Assembly (NCBI RefSeq): GCF_000150275.1
Contig: NW_002060944.1
Coordinates: forward strand, 6,051,102-6,115,101
Direction of reading: 5' to 3'
Length of the DNA stretch: 64,000 nt
Origin: Trichoplax adhaerens
Taxonomy: Eukaryota; Animalia; Placozoa
Shown here: positions 26,039-40,490 of the stretch, piece after piece
Position numbering within the stretch: position 1 is the stretch's first letter
How the letters are laid out: every line of letters begins with the position of its first letter
Translations under genes and position numbers: made by a program
Notes under the pieces: model-generated
Told to the model about the DNA's origin: nothing
What the model saw: the letters and a program-made list of their open reading frames with translations, nothing else
Databases searched by the model: none

Positions 26039-27053
26039 TATAACTTCAATTTAAACCGTAGTAATTGAATTAAAGTTTTCGAAAAACTAATTAAAATTTA
26101 AGAAAATGTACTTTTCCTATAATGTACATTGCTTATTCTATGCCATATCACCACTGGAATTATGGTTATTATAATTATAGCTAAAGAAAGTATTGACTTT
26201 CTCAGTTTACTGGTAAAACTTAATTGAATAGTGCACCTTTCGCGTGTATTATATGTACTGCACCGCGTGTGTATTATCGAACTCTTGATGACAACCTATG
26301 TGTATGACGCATAAGAAGCTAACAAAGTCCTCATAAGTACTGATACAAAAAGACATTTGAACTTATTCGTAAATTTAATCGCATATAATAGACTGTGCAC
26401 TAAGCATAGCTTTGCTTGTCTTAAAGTATTTCTGAAAATGAATATCTCCCTACATACGTAACGTTAAATAGATATATGGCATAACGTAATGTAATCCTCT
26501 GTTACTATTAATGGCATTGTTAGGGAAATGCATTTATAACGAGTTGTTTATAACGATATCGATGGTTTTTAATCAAATCGCAAATATCTGATTTGTAATG
26601 ATTATTTTAAATATTCGTAATTGTTAGAAATTATTTTACATTTAAGAGATACTGGATTATTTAGTGCATATATTACGCTCATGCTATCATAGGTATTAAA
26701 GCTACTACCTAGGCGATGTACAAACTACTAGTCTAACTTGTGTTATATAATTTGTGTATTTCACGGCACTATTAGATATTCATAGTAACATGAGCAATAA
26801 AAAGTTACATTTTATTAACGATACATCTGTACTTTCAAATAGATTTCATGCCACAATATTATCAGGTTGCAACTAATATGTAGATCTTTACAATTCTTTA
26901 AAAATATTTAAATAAAGTTTAATTCTAGACAAATTTAGATTATGCGTTTTTTCTCAACTTTGGAAACAAATAAAACAGCACAATATAAAAAGATTCATTC
27001 TTAATTATTCAGCTCTTAATACCTTCTTAGTACTATAGTGTATTATGGACGGC

Positions 27054-29525
27054 TTATAATGGAGCTTGATGCATGTATTGCTCAACAACGCTTTTCAATG
27101 TAGAAATTACTCCTCTTGGATCCTGACTTTTTATGATAGCACTTCCCGATACTATCATATTTGCGCCAGCCTTTTAATAGTATTCATTAATTGTTATTAA
27201 AACAGGTAAGGTATGCAGACAGCGAAATTAGTACAAATCGAAATGCTTATCATTCCGTAACCGATATTAGTTGTTCGTAGTCATAAGTCATACCTTAGCG
27301 GATTGATCTATATTGGAAGGGGAGACGCCGCCATCAACACCAATATTTAAAGTTTTAAACTTAGACCTTAGGAAAGCTACCTAATATTACAGGAGCAGTT
27401 GAAGTAGTGTAAGTACACAGTAATTAATACTTAGTACGGCTTTTAAAACGATATTTTTCATATTTACCTTTGACATCATGTCACTCATAAATTTCTGACC
27501 ACCGAATCCGGGCTCAACAGTCATAACAAGGATCATATTAGCGTGATCAATATAGGGCAAAATCGTTTCAACAGGAGTCTTAGGTTTGATAGCGATTCCA
27601 ACCTATAACATAACCGTAATTTATAGTAAATATTAATAGGTTAGTTTAGGCTACAGCCGTAACATTCAGTCAGTTACTAATACGAAATCAGCAGAACAGC
27701 ACTTTAGTATTAGTAAATTAAGATTACATTAAACTTTATACGTAAAATACAAATAATCTATTTTATTTTCTTATCATTTACAGTATTAACTACGTATATA
27801 GATATCTTGTAACACATATTTGCAAATATGCGACAAGTATACGAGCAAGATGTCAAGTTAGTTAATACGCTTACGCTCTATCGACTTTAACAGAAAATGC
27901 TTACAAAAGAATGCAAACAAATCGTAACTGTCCGTAGTAACTTTGCATGTGATGTATACAATACACACCTAAATTTACTATAACTTTAGTGAGAGAATAT
28001 TTACTATAGTTCCTTTTAAAGTTATATTAATCTTTATCTATTTATTGAATATCCAATTTTAAAATAAATGAGTCATAATTATATGTATCAATATATATTT
28101 CGAATTAAGATCCACTAGACAGTGATACCCTTACCTTCATTCCAGTTTTTTTGATAGAATCAATAAGTTCTAGAGGATTATCTGAGATTCATTTTCAATA
28201 GGGTATAAAATAGATGAAGTTAGCGTAGTTATAGAAATATAACGATAACAAATGAAGATTTATGAATGTTGTGTCGTTATACAAAACTGAGGTTACTGTA
28301 GATACGATAATTAACAAAGTAATTTAAGGTTCAAGTATCAAACCTGTAGCTTCAATATGAAAGGTATATTGCTGAACACCAGCATCAGCCATGGGTTTAA
28401 CCCACTACAAATATAATATAGCGAATGAAAATTGTATATCTATTTTGAGGGGTATCATTAAAATGTACGTTGATTTATCTAGATTAAATTTCTTCGGATT
28501 AGATATTACGTACAGAAAAATTGTCCTACGTATTTAAAAGGTAAGCTACCATCTAGTCTACAACAGTTTACCTTTTCTGGATTAGCAACCATCATATGGA
28601 CATCTGTAACATGAGATTGACATAAGTCGTATGATTAGTTGCCATTTATGCTGCCATTAATTGATACTACTAGAGGTGTACTATATTATCTTTATACTGA
28701 TAGCTAATTGATTGAAATTCGGTTTATGATACTTACCAAAGAAACTTTCGACTTTCGATCTCAGGCATTCTACAACTGGATGACCAAAAGTCAAATTGGG
28801 TACGAAATGACTACAATAAGAAAGTATCATGCTTATATATCACATTAAACAATTTAAAAAGATGCAATCTCTATCGGAGACATCCAATCAGTACGGCATT
28901 AGTATAGACCAAAGTCAGCCAAAGTATACTCACAGTAAATACTTTAGTCAATGCAGCAGCGTTCTGATGATGCATTACTATGGTCTACCTTAAACTTTAT
29001 TTACAGTCAGCAATCAAGCTCAAGCTTTCCAGCTCAAGTTCTCGCAAGTAGACTCTCCAACTCTTTTACTTACGAACTGCATTATCATTTGTTTTGATTC
29101 AATTTATTTACAGCATCACAAATACAAGTACGGTAGGTATCGAATACTACTGTATCATTTGTCCATTTGTTAACCTACCAGATCTCACTAATTCGATAGC
29201 AAAACCAAAATGAAGTAAAGTATAGTACAATGTTCAAGTGCCTTATCCAGTCAATTACTCATACTGTATATAATATAATCATCGCTCGATATTAACGATT
29301 TAAATCAAAGCATACTCTATAACATGGCATCAATCTTTCCCTATTATGATCAACAATATAGACAAGGAATTAATCTTCTTTGCGTTGGTCTTACCCATCC
29401 ATGACATCAAGATGTAAATAGTCCGCTCCACATTCTACAAGTTTCTTAGCTTCATTAGCTAATACAGACAAATCGGAATTCAGTATAGAAGGGCCAATCA
29501 TTGCCGATAAGTGTGTCTGTGCCAT
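27054..29525 (-). CDS. RPE: Ribulose-phosphate 3-epimerase, 8 exons
   Basis: [10 protein letters not shown]...[67 protein letters not shown] and [12 protein letters not shown]. Stop at 27054-27056. Confidence 0.96.
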
Positions 29526-31699
29526 GATTTGATTACTATAAGATGCTAATCTTGGAATAGATTGGATGGTGAATAAAGGAGAGGAAGGATTATTTCTGCA
29601 GCAGGCAGCCAGTTGGCGGTAAGCTCTGAACATTGAGTGTAATATGGTTGGCAGGTACTCAGGTAGTCTCAGAAGTCCCTGGTTGGTATGGTGGATTACG
29701 GGTATATCCACATCCTCATTCATAAGTCCTGGCACAATAGTACAGTATGAGTAATGTCTTTTAGCTGAAGATTCATATATCGTAACGGACAGTCCCATTA
29801 CCAGACTATCGTGGCTGCAGTACGAATATGATCGAAACTGGAAAAGGAGTTAATGGTTTCCAAAGTTCCTGTTGAAGGCATCCACATACCTTTTAAACAA
29901 TTCTGTATAGTAGAGAGTAAGCAACTACTACAATGGCCATTATCATTAATAACTGACACTGAGTATATTGATTGCAATTTTGCTGAATTGATTGAAAGAG
30001 AACTGCAACCAGCGAAGAGGCAGACCGCGCAGCAACCTCGACCTCAACTTTTACTGTAGTACAGGCACATAAGTAGGTGCATCGTTTTACCGGCTACTAA
30101 TCGATGCATATTCATATGTAATTGTGAGGTATAGTCCCCCAAATAGATCTTGTTATCATTGGCAGAAGATCTACTGATCAATACCAGGGACTTTTAAGTT
30201 TTAATTAAGAGAAAACCTTATCGATACAGACTCTTGGATAGTTGTGTAGTTGCAACGTGTAAAACTCGCAATCATTATTACGCATAGATCATATTCGTAG
30301 AGTAGATCCTATTGTTGCTAGCTCTTACTAGAAGAACTACCGATCAATGCACACTCTGATATGATTATAGAACATAACCCAAACCAGATCACGTTTATTA
30401 ATATACTGTACAGTGTACAGTATATGCATACACGAATATAAACCTACAAATAGTAGACCTTCCTGTCACTACAGCGATAGATAATCCTTGGTAGAATAAC
30501 GAACTCATGTGATAAAGTAAAGTTAATAAGAAATTACAGTACTAGCTATACCAAAAATTGTCTTGATGCACATCATAACATATAATATGGCATTTAATAA
30601 AGAAAATACGGTATTGGGATAGGGCAAAAGACTTTCATTTTTGGAGGAATTAGGCTCTATATTTATATTAATTGCTAATAAAATTACTCAGAAGTTAATC
30701 TAATATTTAGATTATGGCAATGATTTAAATTTTGCAACATCAACCATTACAATTAGTACATTGTATCCTGACTAACTAGCCGAAAAGATCATAAATCATG
30801 ATAATTCCTATTGATTAACCCTATTTATATAGTAGATCTGAATAATTTTAAGAATGAGTACCATTTGCTAGTGAATACCTTCATGATAAGTTTATTGCGG
30901 GAGGCATCAATGTTGAATACACTTATAATTAATTAATTATATCACAGAAAATGATATTTCAGTGAGACAGAAATTAAATGATCAGTTCGACTTGCGACAA
31001 ATGGAATAACTTGAGTAATAATTACCGAAAATGGCTACAGTATTTTTCAGGCATTTATAATTCAAAAAAGAATAGCCTTTACATAATAAAATATATTGAT
31101 CACAAATTTCTTAGCAGAATACAATATTCACTTTAAAGTATAAATTTTTTTCTATATACATCGAAATAAATTTCCTCATAATTACAATTATACAGATGAT
31201 ATATATATATATACATACGAGTATGCATTGTATATACATTCGTGCCCATCCGGAGATTGTTAGAAAAAGGAAATGTTACTCATGTACCGTATACATATTT
31301 GGCAACAACAGCACATTACAGTACCTAATATCCAGTATAAAAAGCTCAGTAAATTACGGACTACAGTTATTATCTAGGCTCTAAAAGAACATCCGTATCA
31401 GCATAGGACTCATGTAGTGCAATATACTAATGTACTGTTCTGTTTATTTCTACCGCAGAACAAATATCGACTTTACAAATTATGACAATATGGCATAATC
31501 ACGAGCTTTCACGGTATTTTTATATAGAATAATAATATACAAAACTTTCATTAATTTACAACGCAACTGCTAAAGAGCAACTCGCTTGCAATTACTGCTA
31601 TCACGTAACAAATTATGAATCAGTAGTTGTACGATGAAATACACTTTAAAAATCATCGCCTGATATATTGTAAGGCTTCAATGGACATTGCCCAAATAA

Positions 31700-33297
31700 C
31701 TATATTGACTTCTTTCCAGATGTTTCTTTTAGCTTAGTTGCAACTTTCATCCATAGCTCATCGTGATAGTTTGAATTCAAATAGCAATCCATTTCACCGT
31801 CTAGCACCTATAATTTAATCCCATAAGCAATCTTAGAGCGATCTTTTATAAATTTTAATTCATCTCTGATACGACATACCAGCACTGACGAGCAACCATG
31901 ATAAAGTTGGTTTTCACCATTACCTAACCAGGACTCGTAACATTCGTGTATATCATTCAAGTAATCCTATCCGTTTCGATCAAATTTAAGTTGGTAGAGA
32001 AAATATTAGGTAATTGAATATATTTCATTCTTTCCAGACGATAAAATTCAGTTATCCTTACCAGAGAAACAGTTTCTTCCTCTTTTCGTCCTCTTGCCTT
32101 CAACCTACTATAGCATACCTCAGGAGTAGCTCTAAGGTAAACTATTTTTCAATATCAAAGATATAATTTAGACTTGGGTTAGGGCCTAAAAGCAAATCAA
32201 AAATCTTCAATCTCCAATATCCCCTTATTTATGTAGCTTTTCCTTACCAATCAAATCTAATTTGGGTTTACAATTTTGCATTAGGAAATCGAACCACTCT
32301 ACATAACACTTGTATTCCATGTTGTTCAGTAGTCCGCTACAAAATGTTTTCATTACATATGTGTTACATCCATGACAATTTAATCGATTTACAGTAATAA
32401 CGACTCACCTTTTATATAAATTTTCAACAAAGCAGTAGCGAGCGCTATAGGCGGAGCGTTCCAGTACGCAGAAAGGTACTTGCTAACAATTAGGAATTAC
32501 TTATTAGGAGGATGCATGAATTTTTCTTGGTAACAATCTGCGTATTTTAGCATTTACTAACCTGCTTGGCATTATGGACATCCATCATAGTCAAGAGCAC
32601 ATAATTTTGAAACAGATATCCCCATCGAGCAGGATCTTCATACATTTTATGCTTAAAAATATGAATACATATACACAATTAACGTAAATATTTATTAATG
32701 GCAACAACGAAATAATGAATATTAAATCTTTTTCCAATATTATTACCGACAAATATGATATTTAAATTTAAGTAATGTCATCAGAAATATCTTACAATTA
32801 AATTATCTCCTCCAAGATCTTGCCATTTCTCTAGAGGTTCCGCTAAAACCTAGAGTTCATAGTTGAGAGTGAGCTTCACTATTTGTATTACATGTTTGGA
32901 AAGAGCTCATTCATATGGATATAATAGTAACTATAGAAACTACTTCACTATAATTAAATTATTTAAATACCTCAACTTGAGGGTTACTCTCCAACCGTTT
33001 CAAAAAGGTGGATTTCCCACTAGCAATATTTCCTTCTACAGCAATCTGTTATATGATTTAAACATGTGGTTATTATATATAATCTTGGGATCTGACCTAG
33101 GTTGAAACATTGTGGACTGCAGTAATGCTGTAGCACTTTTAATTAAATAAAAACTGAACGGTAATGTAATAAAATATTACCTTGAACTTTCTACCTTCGC
33201 TGCTGCTAGGTCGCTTTATGGGTTCTGTATTGGTATAATTATTAGAAACGTCAGCGAGTGGCTCTCTTTTGCTTCTAACCAACATTTTGGCATTCAT
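31700..33297 (-). CDS. TK2: Deoxynucleoside kinase, TK2/Drosophila dNK-like, at least 9 exons. A further upstream exon near 34858-34868 is possible.
   Basis: [13 protein letters not shown] (P-loop), [42 protein letters not shown] (ERS motif; the SARY..FVENL pattern is TK2/dNK type) and [22 protein letters not shown] (lid). Stop at 31700-31702. Confidence 0.9.
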
Positions 33298-35104
33298 ATG
33301 ATTATGATGAATTTGATAGTTGGTTTGCAAAACCAGTGAGCGTTTGAAGATTTTCAATCTAGATAGAATAAGGAATGAATTACTGCATACCATCACAGTA
33401 ATGTCGATGCAATTTTACATTCCAATTGACATGGATAACGTAATAAGGTTATAAGAATATTTCGGTTATACGGTGATCGAAATTTATGATGTGATTTTTT
33501 TAATTATTTGTTCGCCATTCTATAATACTATCGAAGTAGTAACGTATCGTACTGCTGTTCCTACGGTAGTAATAGAATATTTTACATGGAGATACAAGAG
33601 TATTAATGATTTATTGGCACATGGGTACACCGTACACGTACGTAGGCGCTATTGCAAAAATTTAAATTCCTTTCGTCAAATGTTTATTTGACTTTGCACC
33701 GATCAACTTTAAGAAAATGGAGCATCAGCGTCATTTAACGTGACTATACTGCTGGACACATGTTGCAATCGTCAAAACTCATGACACCTCAAAAAAGGCA
33801 GCTGGGAACCAATCATAGACTATAAGGTGTAATTTTCAACTGCTGAATACTAGTTTACCGTATTGTGCATGCTGCGCATAGCTGCAAGTCGAATGGTAAA
33901 TAAACGACTCTATTTTCTTGACCTTCAATTTTATACATGTAGGAATTCGATTAGGATTTGATCTAGTTTCATTCTATACCATAATCTGCTTGTAACTTTA
34001 AAAAAAGCTAAGCTTGATACGATTTTTAAAATCACAAACTACTCCCCTTTGGATGATACGAGAATTATTTACTGAATATTCACGTTGAAATTGCTGTACT
34101 ATTTGCATATTCTAGCTAATTTATACATGCTAGGAAGGCAGTTTACTGTAGGGATATCGCCGGTATTTCGGGCGGCTTACATAGCTGCTATTGAGAGAAA
34201 AAACTGAAATACAGCTCCATGTTTTTGTTCACAGATCCAAGTAGCACTATTATCATCTATTTCTACTTTCAGTTATCCCATACCTTAGACTAGCACTTTT
34301 GTCTATACTGTGCATACATGTTACCAGTCTGTCAATTCTGCTCACTAAAACAAGTCGATTGACTTTGGCGGTTGATTTCATTTAGCAAGAGCTCAACCCA
34401 AATTGCCTTTACGATATTTCTCGTCTCATTTTTACTTCTCTACTACACTAATCCAATCTGTTATAGATCACTCTAGCTAAAAATAAATTTATTTTACCCT
34501 ACTCTATAGCCAAGAACACTTATCCATGGGCAAAATCAACATCGCCTAGCTAAACATACCTTAGAGAGCAAAGGCGGTAAAACGCCAAGATTCACTTTTT
34601 TTTTTTTCACTTTGCAATCAATGACCAATACAACCAGTTCTTGACGGTTGTAAATTGAATTTTTCCTTGCGAAAGGAGGAATAGCATAGACCCAAACACT
34701 GCTTTTCAGGTGAAAATTTTCTAATTTACCTGACTAAAATAGCAGAAAGAGCTGAAATAATATCCTAAGAAATGGAGAGAAAATTTTTTCTTGACTGGAC
34801 ATTCATTGAAAGGCAATTACAGTAAACTGACAGTCAGCCTATTAAAAGAGTATTTACATTTCACTCATGGGAGCGAACTTGTATAGACATGTATGAGAAG
34901 ATTGGGGGCAGTCGATGTTTATTTTTAGAAGAGGGAGGACTATGGACTGTCGTTGGTTGATACTGTAGCCTGTAATGTGTTGTGGTGAATTGGATAGTAC
35001 AGTGTCGGATACTAGACGAGTGAACAACGTGCCATTGTTTTAATCTTAGTACTGTAGTGAAATACTTCAAAGGTACTCTACAATTCATATTAGTAACTAT
35101 AGGG

Positions 35105-35270
35105 CACGTGACACATCCATATCCTACAATACTATGTATTCTAATTTAGCTCATTGGAATTGGCGCTGCTTGAAAAAGATCCAGTTTAAATTTCGCGCCT
35201 CTTTGAACTGCACATGCTCAAAAATCGATCCGATTGAGTCGACTCCAACCATCGTGGTTACCTTGGAAAC
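35105..35270. promoter_or_regulatory. Putative divergent promoter between the TK2-like gene and the annexin, with E-box, E2F sites, CHR element and RFX X-box
   Basis: CACGTG 35105-35110; TTGGCGC 35160-35166; TTTCGCGC 35191-35198 followed by TTTGAA 35202-35207; GTTACCTTGGAAAC 35257-35270. Confidence 0.5.
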
Positions 35271-35548
35271 CTAGACATCGCTTTTCAGCAAACTTAATCC
35301 AATTTTTACAAGCTTACTATTCATTCACTGTGAACAGTTATTACTATGGATATTTGCAACTTGGAGACGGGCACATGGATGAAAGTGGCAAATGTATAGA
35401 TTAGACTAGGCCACTACTTGTGTATCGATAGCCATACTGGTAACATCTACTCTTCTTACTGATCCGGTTTAAAGGGATTTACCTCCCACTCCAGACATTT
35501 ACATTAGCATCTAAGTATAGCACGTCGGATGAAAAACTACCATCAAAT

Positions 35549-38500
35549 ATGGAAAGTGCAAAGGTAATGTGAAGAGATAATTTGAAATCGCTCGAAATCA
35601 TTTTAACTTGAACTCTGTCTGCTGCTTTGGCGTATTTTTTAAAATACAACTAACGACAAAACGTATAAAAAATAGGCTTTACAAATAATATAGGATGAAT
35701 CCCCTGCCATTATTGACAATAGGGATAGCATATGCAAATATTGTAGAAAGACTGTAGTAATGATTTACTAGAGATTTCCGTTTATTTAAGTTGCTTATTA
35801 GTAAAATGATCTTCTATCTAATTCGTAAGATATCGTATCAATATCCGCTAAAAGTACTGATAATTTATATAATGGATATTATTGCATAATTAGAAAGAAC
35901 ATGTACACTTGTACAGTATAGTATATTATCATTCGATTGCTTAACTTGAACATCCAACAGAAAAGAGTGAAAAGAAGTTACAATTGGATCAGATCATTTG
36001 TGCATTTAATCATGATTACGCTTAATCACGACTTTCTTGTTTATTAATACTATAATTTTAATAAATTCAAAGCCATAGGTTAGTCACTACTTTATCGTAT
36101 TTAGTTGGAAGACTACACGATTAAGTCAAATATAATTCAATCATCTTAATCTTGTTATATTATATATTAATTAGAATTTAAAAATTAGTATCCTTCAATA
36201 GAATCATAATTGAATTACCAACATTGCAAATAGTTATAATATAGAAAGATATTCAGCAATACAGCATTTGTTACTGAGCTGAATCTCGGTCAATAAGCAG
36301 GTCGATCATTCATAATAATGCTACAAACTTTTGCGTTGAGATTAGAATTTAAGATTATAAACTAATATCATGTGTTAAATGTCAACAATTTCAAAGAACT
36401 GTAACATAATTAAATTAAAGCTATTTGAATTAAACATTCGAATATTTCACCTGTTTATTGATAAAGTTAGAGGAAGATCGATAAAAAAATTTTTTATACT
36501 TACTAACAGTACCCTGCGAAAGACTTTGAAGGATTCGATCCGGAGAGCGATTGTGAGAGATTACATCGAGCTATGGATGGGCTAGGTAATAGACACTACA
36601 CTATCTGCTCTTATAAATGTCCTTTGCTTGAATAGTTGCATGATCTAGATTTTAAATTTATCACTAAAGATCTTCTCGATAAGCTCAGTTATTATATCAA
36701 ATTTATTGCTTATCTTTTATAAATTTTTCTACCTTAGGTACAGATGAAGACACCTTGACCGGTATCTTGTCTGCTCGTTCAAACTCTCAACGCCAAGTAT
36801 TACGTGAAACGTATCTAAAAATGTTCGCCAAAGTACGAATGATCCATTTTTTCGAATTCACTTAAATGGCATCACAATTGAAATAACTTCATGATATATG
36901 TTACAAGTGAGAGTAATCACGGTCCTGTAATTACCACAACTTACTTAATCATCTGATATTATCTTAGGATTTAATTGAACACCTGAGTTCAGAAACTTCT
37001 GGAAGCTTTCGTAAACTACTTTGCGGATTGATGATAGAATCAGCATCTTATGATGCAAAATTGTTACACGATGCGATGGATGTACGTAAAATCATATCAA
37101 TGCATAACAACACGAAAAAATATATCTTTAAATGGACCTTTAACTTTAGGGACCTGGAACAGATGAATCTTTATTATTGGAAGTATTATGCACTCGATCA
37201 AATAGTGTACGTATTGTATTGTTAGTAACTAGATATCAATTTACTTGATATTACTACAATTGTAAAACCATTCCCGATCATCACTATTTGGCAATAATTC
37301 CTAAACATTTTAATAACTATATTTATACGTATACATTTAAATAGTTTTGCACAGCATATGATACTATCGATTTATTAGTAATACTGAATGACCGAGTCAT
37401 CAATGCATCATGGCCCAAAACTATCATTTAAATCGATTTTAATTCTATTTATCGATAGAGTAAAAGAAATACCTCATCTTTACGTCTACTCTATTAATAA
37501 TAATACATTTATGATATTTCTCTCATAAAAATCTAGGAAATCCAAGCCTTAAAAATCGCTTATAAACAAGGTTAGATTGTTTCGAGTACCGTATATATTA
37601 ACTTACAATATTACTCTGTTTGCTTCAATAATCCATATCTACCATAACCTAGACTAATATAATAATTCATGTCCCATTTACCTACCCAGAATACGGAGTT
37701 CAGCTATCCGATGCTATCATAGAAGAGACATCTGGCCATTTTAAGCAACTTTTACTGCTCTTAATTAAGGTAGAAATTTGTATTGTCAAAAAAATTTACA
37801 GTCAGATAATTTCATAATATTGCATGTTACTAGGCAACACGAGATGAAACTGATAATGTCAGTATATCAATGGCGAGAAGAGATGCTGATAGCTTATATA
37901 TCGTAAGTAAATAAAACATCCCAACTTAGTATACAATCACATTTGTATCTATTACATACTGAAACTATCAATTAACTTGCATAGGCTGGTGAATTAACTT
38001 GGGGTACTGACGAATCGACATTTACTGAAATTATTGGTACACGTAACTTTAGGCAATTACGACTGATATTCGATGAATATATCAAAGTAAGATACTTAAT
38101 ATTAAAAGTAAAACCATAATGAGTGATATAACATACAAATGATACTATTGGTATGGAATACTTATTACTGTACTATGCAATATCTCCAAGCTACGATATT
38201 TTTACTATTTCCTAATGACTTCCAACGGTATGTATGCACAACAAATTTAGACTGCACAAATGAAAATTGAGAAATCACTACAACGAGAAATGTCAGGCGA
38301 TCTCTTACAGGGATTGCTAACTCTTGGTATGTAATTCACATATTTTTTCTTCAAACTCTTCCTAAAGATAACCCCTACATCAATCATCTACGCTCTACAT
38401 ACATTTATTTCAAATATACCTAATTGTAACGTTAAAATATATTTAGTTCAAGTTGCTCGCGATCGTGGCGAATACTTCGCTGAAAAGATCAAGGCTGCAA

Positions 38501-38767
38501 CAGGCGTTTTAGCAAACAATGACGATGAATTAATAAGGATTGCCGTATCGCAAGCAGAGGTAAGCAACTTATTCCAGAATAATGTTTAAGTTCAGAAAAT
38601 ACTATGCAATCACTTCTATAATGATTTTGCTATTATTCCAGGTTGATACCGGCAGGATTGCTGCTGCTTTCGAAAGAAAATTTGGAGTTACTTTAATTAA
38701 TCATCTATCCAAGGCCCTATCTGGAGAATACAAAAATTTAATGTTGGCTGTACTTTCTGGTTCTTAA
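35549..38767 (+). CDS. Annexin with four repeats and a short N-terminus, about 13 exons
   Basis: MESAK|[29 protein letters not shown]...[63 protein letters not shown] and [13 protein letters not shown]. Stop at 38765-38767. Subfamily not assignable by eye. Confidence 0.93.
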
Positions 38768-40490
38768 TTTCTTAAGACCACATACGGGGTTGTCTGATGA
38801 AATATTTAAATACCGATAAGAACTAAAGTTATACGAAGGAAGCCCCTAACTTTTAAGTATTACTTCTAGAACCTCCGTAGGAATTAATATTTTGTTTTAA
38901 GTCCTTTGATACATTGTTGAGCTACAAGATAATCACGAAAATTATTGTATAACTTCATTATCATTATCATATTTATAATTTTTTTGGAGGGGGGCGCAAA
39001 TGGACCGTGAAATGTAATACAGAATGTTTCTGCTGCAGATATTTGTTGGAAATTCACATTAAGATCCTCGATCACGATTAACGCGATACAATATTCATGT
39101 AACGTAGCTGATTCAGTTATGCAATAATTTATACATTTGGGCTATATGTCGATTCCAATCAACCTTAAAAAAATTTCATTTAGCCATACAACATCAGTGC
39201 TTCTTGTATATTTGATGTTATACTGGTCTGAACTGGGTTAAAAGATGAACAATTGTTATGATAATCCAATTTCGAATTTAAAGATCTATTTAGACTGGGT
39301 AACTTATGCCTATTAGTACTAGAATTACCCTTTTTCTTTAAATCCAAATGTATAATTAAAGTATTACTTAAGATCCATTTACTCATTGTGGTCCATTGTT
39401 TATTTATTTGATATACTTGTTTAGTGCTATGCCTAGCTATACTTACGTGATAATTCAGTTCTTAATAAATAATGTAATATCTTAACTCTAACTCTTATGA
39501 CTCGGTGCATTTTCCAATATAAAACATTTTTGTCTAGATGATTATACCATTATTGCTATTTCAGATTAAGTATGTATGTAATTTTAATATACTGTAGTGT
39601 ATTTTCGCTATATTTGACATGGTCTGCACGAAATCACTTAGAATTAGATAGAAAATATGATCTTTAATCAATTATTATTAAGAATTGGGTAAAATCAAAT
39701 TTTAGGTGATTAATGTGACCTTTAAGAGAGAAACTTCATGACTTATTTATTAGACTTTAGCTTAGTAATCACAATACTGTATACCGTAGATAACGAGTAG
39801 TCCAAGAGAGCACGCATTATGCAGGTAAGAATAATAATTAGTTAATTGGAGAACTACAAATCAATTTCTCTACTGTTACAAAGTACTAATAATTAAGATT
39901 ATACTGTATGTTTAATTTCTAAAATAAATTATTCTCAACAGTCCACTAATGTCATAATTTGATCCAATCTGCATCGTAACTAATTTATCAAGATAACTTA
40001 TAAATGACAAATAGTAAGCTAGTGTAATATTTTATTGGTGTTAAGATGTTTAAGAGGGACAAAGAGGCATCGATCTACGATACTAACCAATAAGTTCATA
40101 TTCGTAGCAGATTTAATCGTCTACATACCTATACTGCATTTTGATTTATTCCACTTTTAATAGCTATATATCCCAAATCAGCAGTATTATGTATACAAAC
40201 GGTGCAATAAAAACTCATTATTATTTTATTTAATGATAATAAACTATACAACATATTACAATTTGAATAGGTAAATATTCTATATAAATAGTGAGTTACA
40301 TGAAAATCATGCAACAACAATTTTTATTCGTTTAATTTAGTGACAATAAATATTAAGGGTCATCGTGGCCATTATGTTGTATATCAGCTTTATTACATTT
40401 TCAATACGTTTAATCTAATATCGACAGTAGTATATAAGCAAATGATGAATAATAATTTCGTAATCTACAATATCAATTGATAATACTAAT

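Noticed and set aside
29526-30059. N-terminal extension of ORF 29391-29798, and ORF 29853-30059
   Set aside because: RPE homology begins at ATG 29525. The remainder is promoter or UTR-like with no recognisable domain.
34139-34829. 12-bp inverted repeat CAGTTTACTGTA / TACAGTAAACTG as possible transposon ends
   Set aside because: Built largely from the ubiquitous ACAGT motif, with no target-site duplication and no extension of the match.
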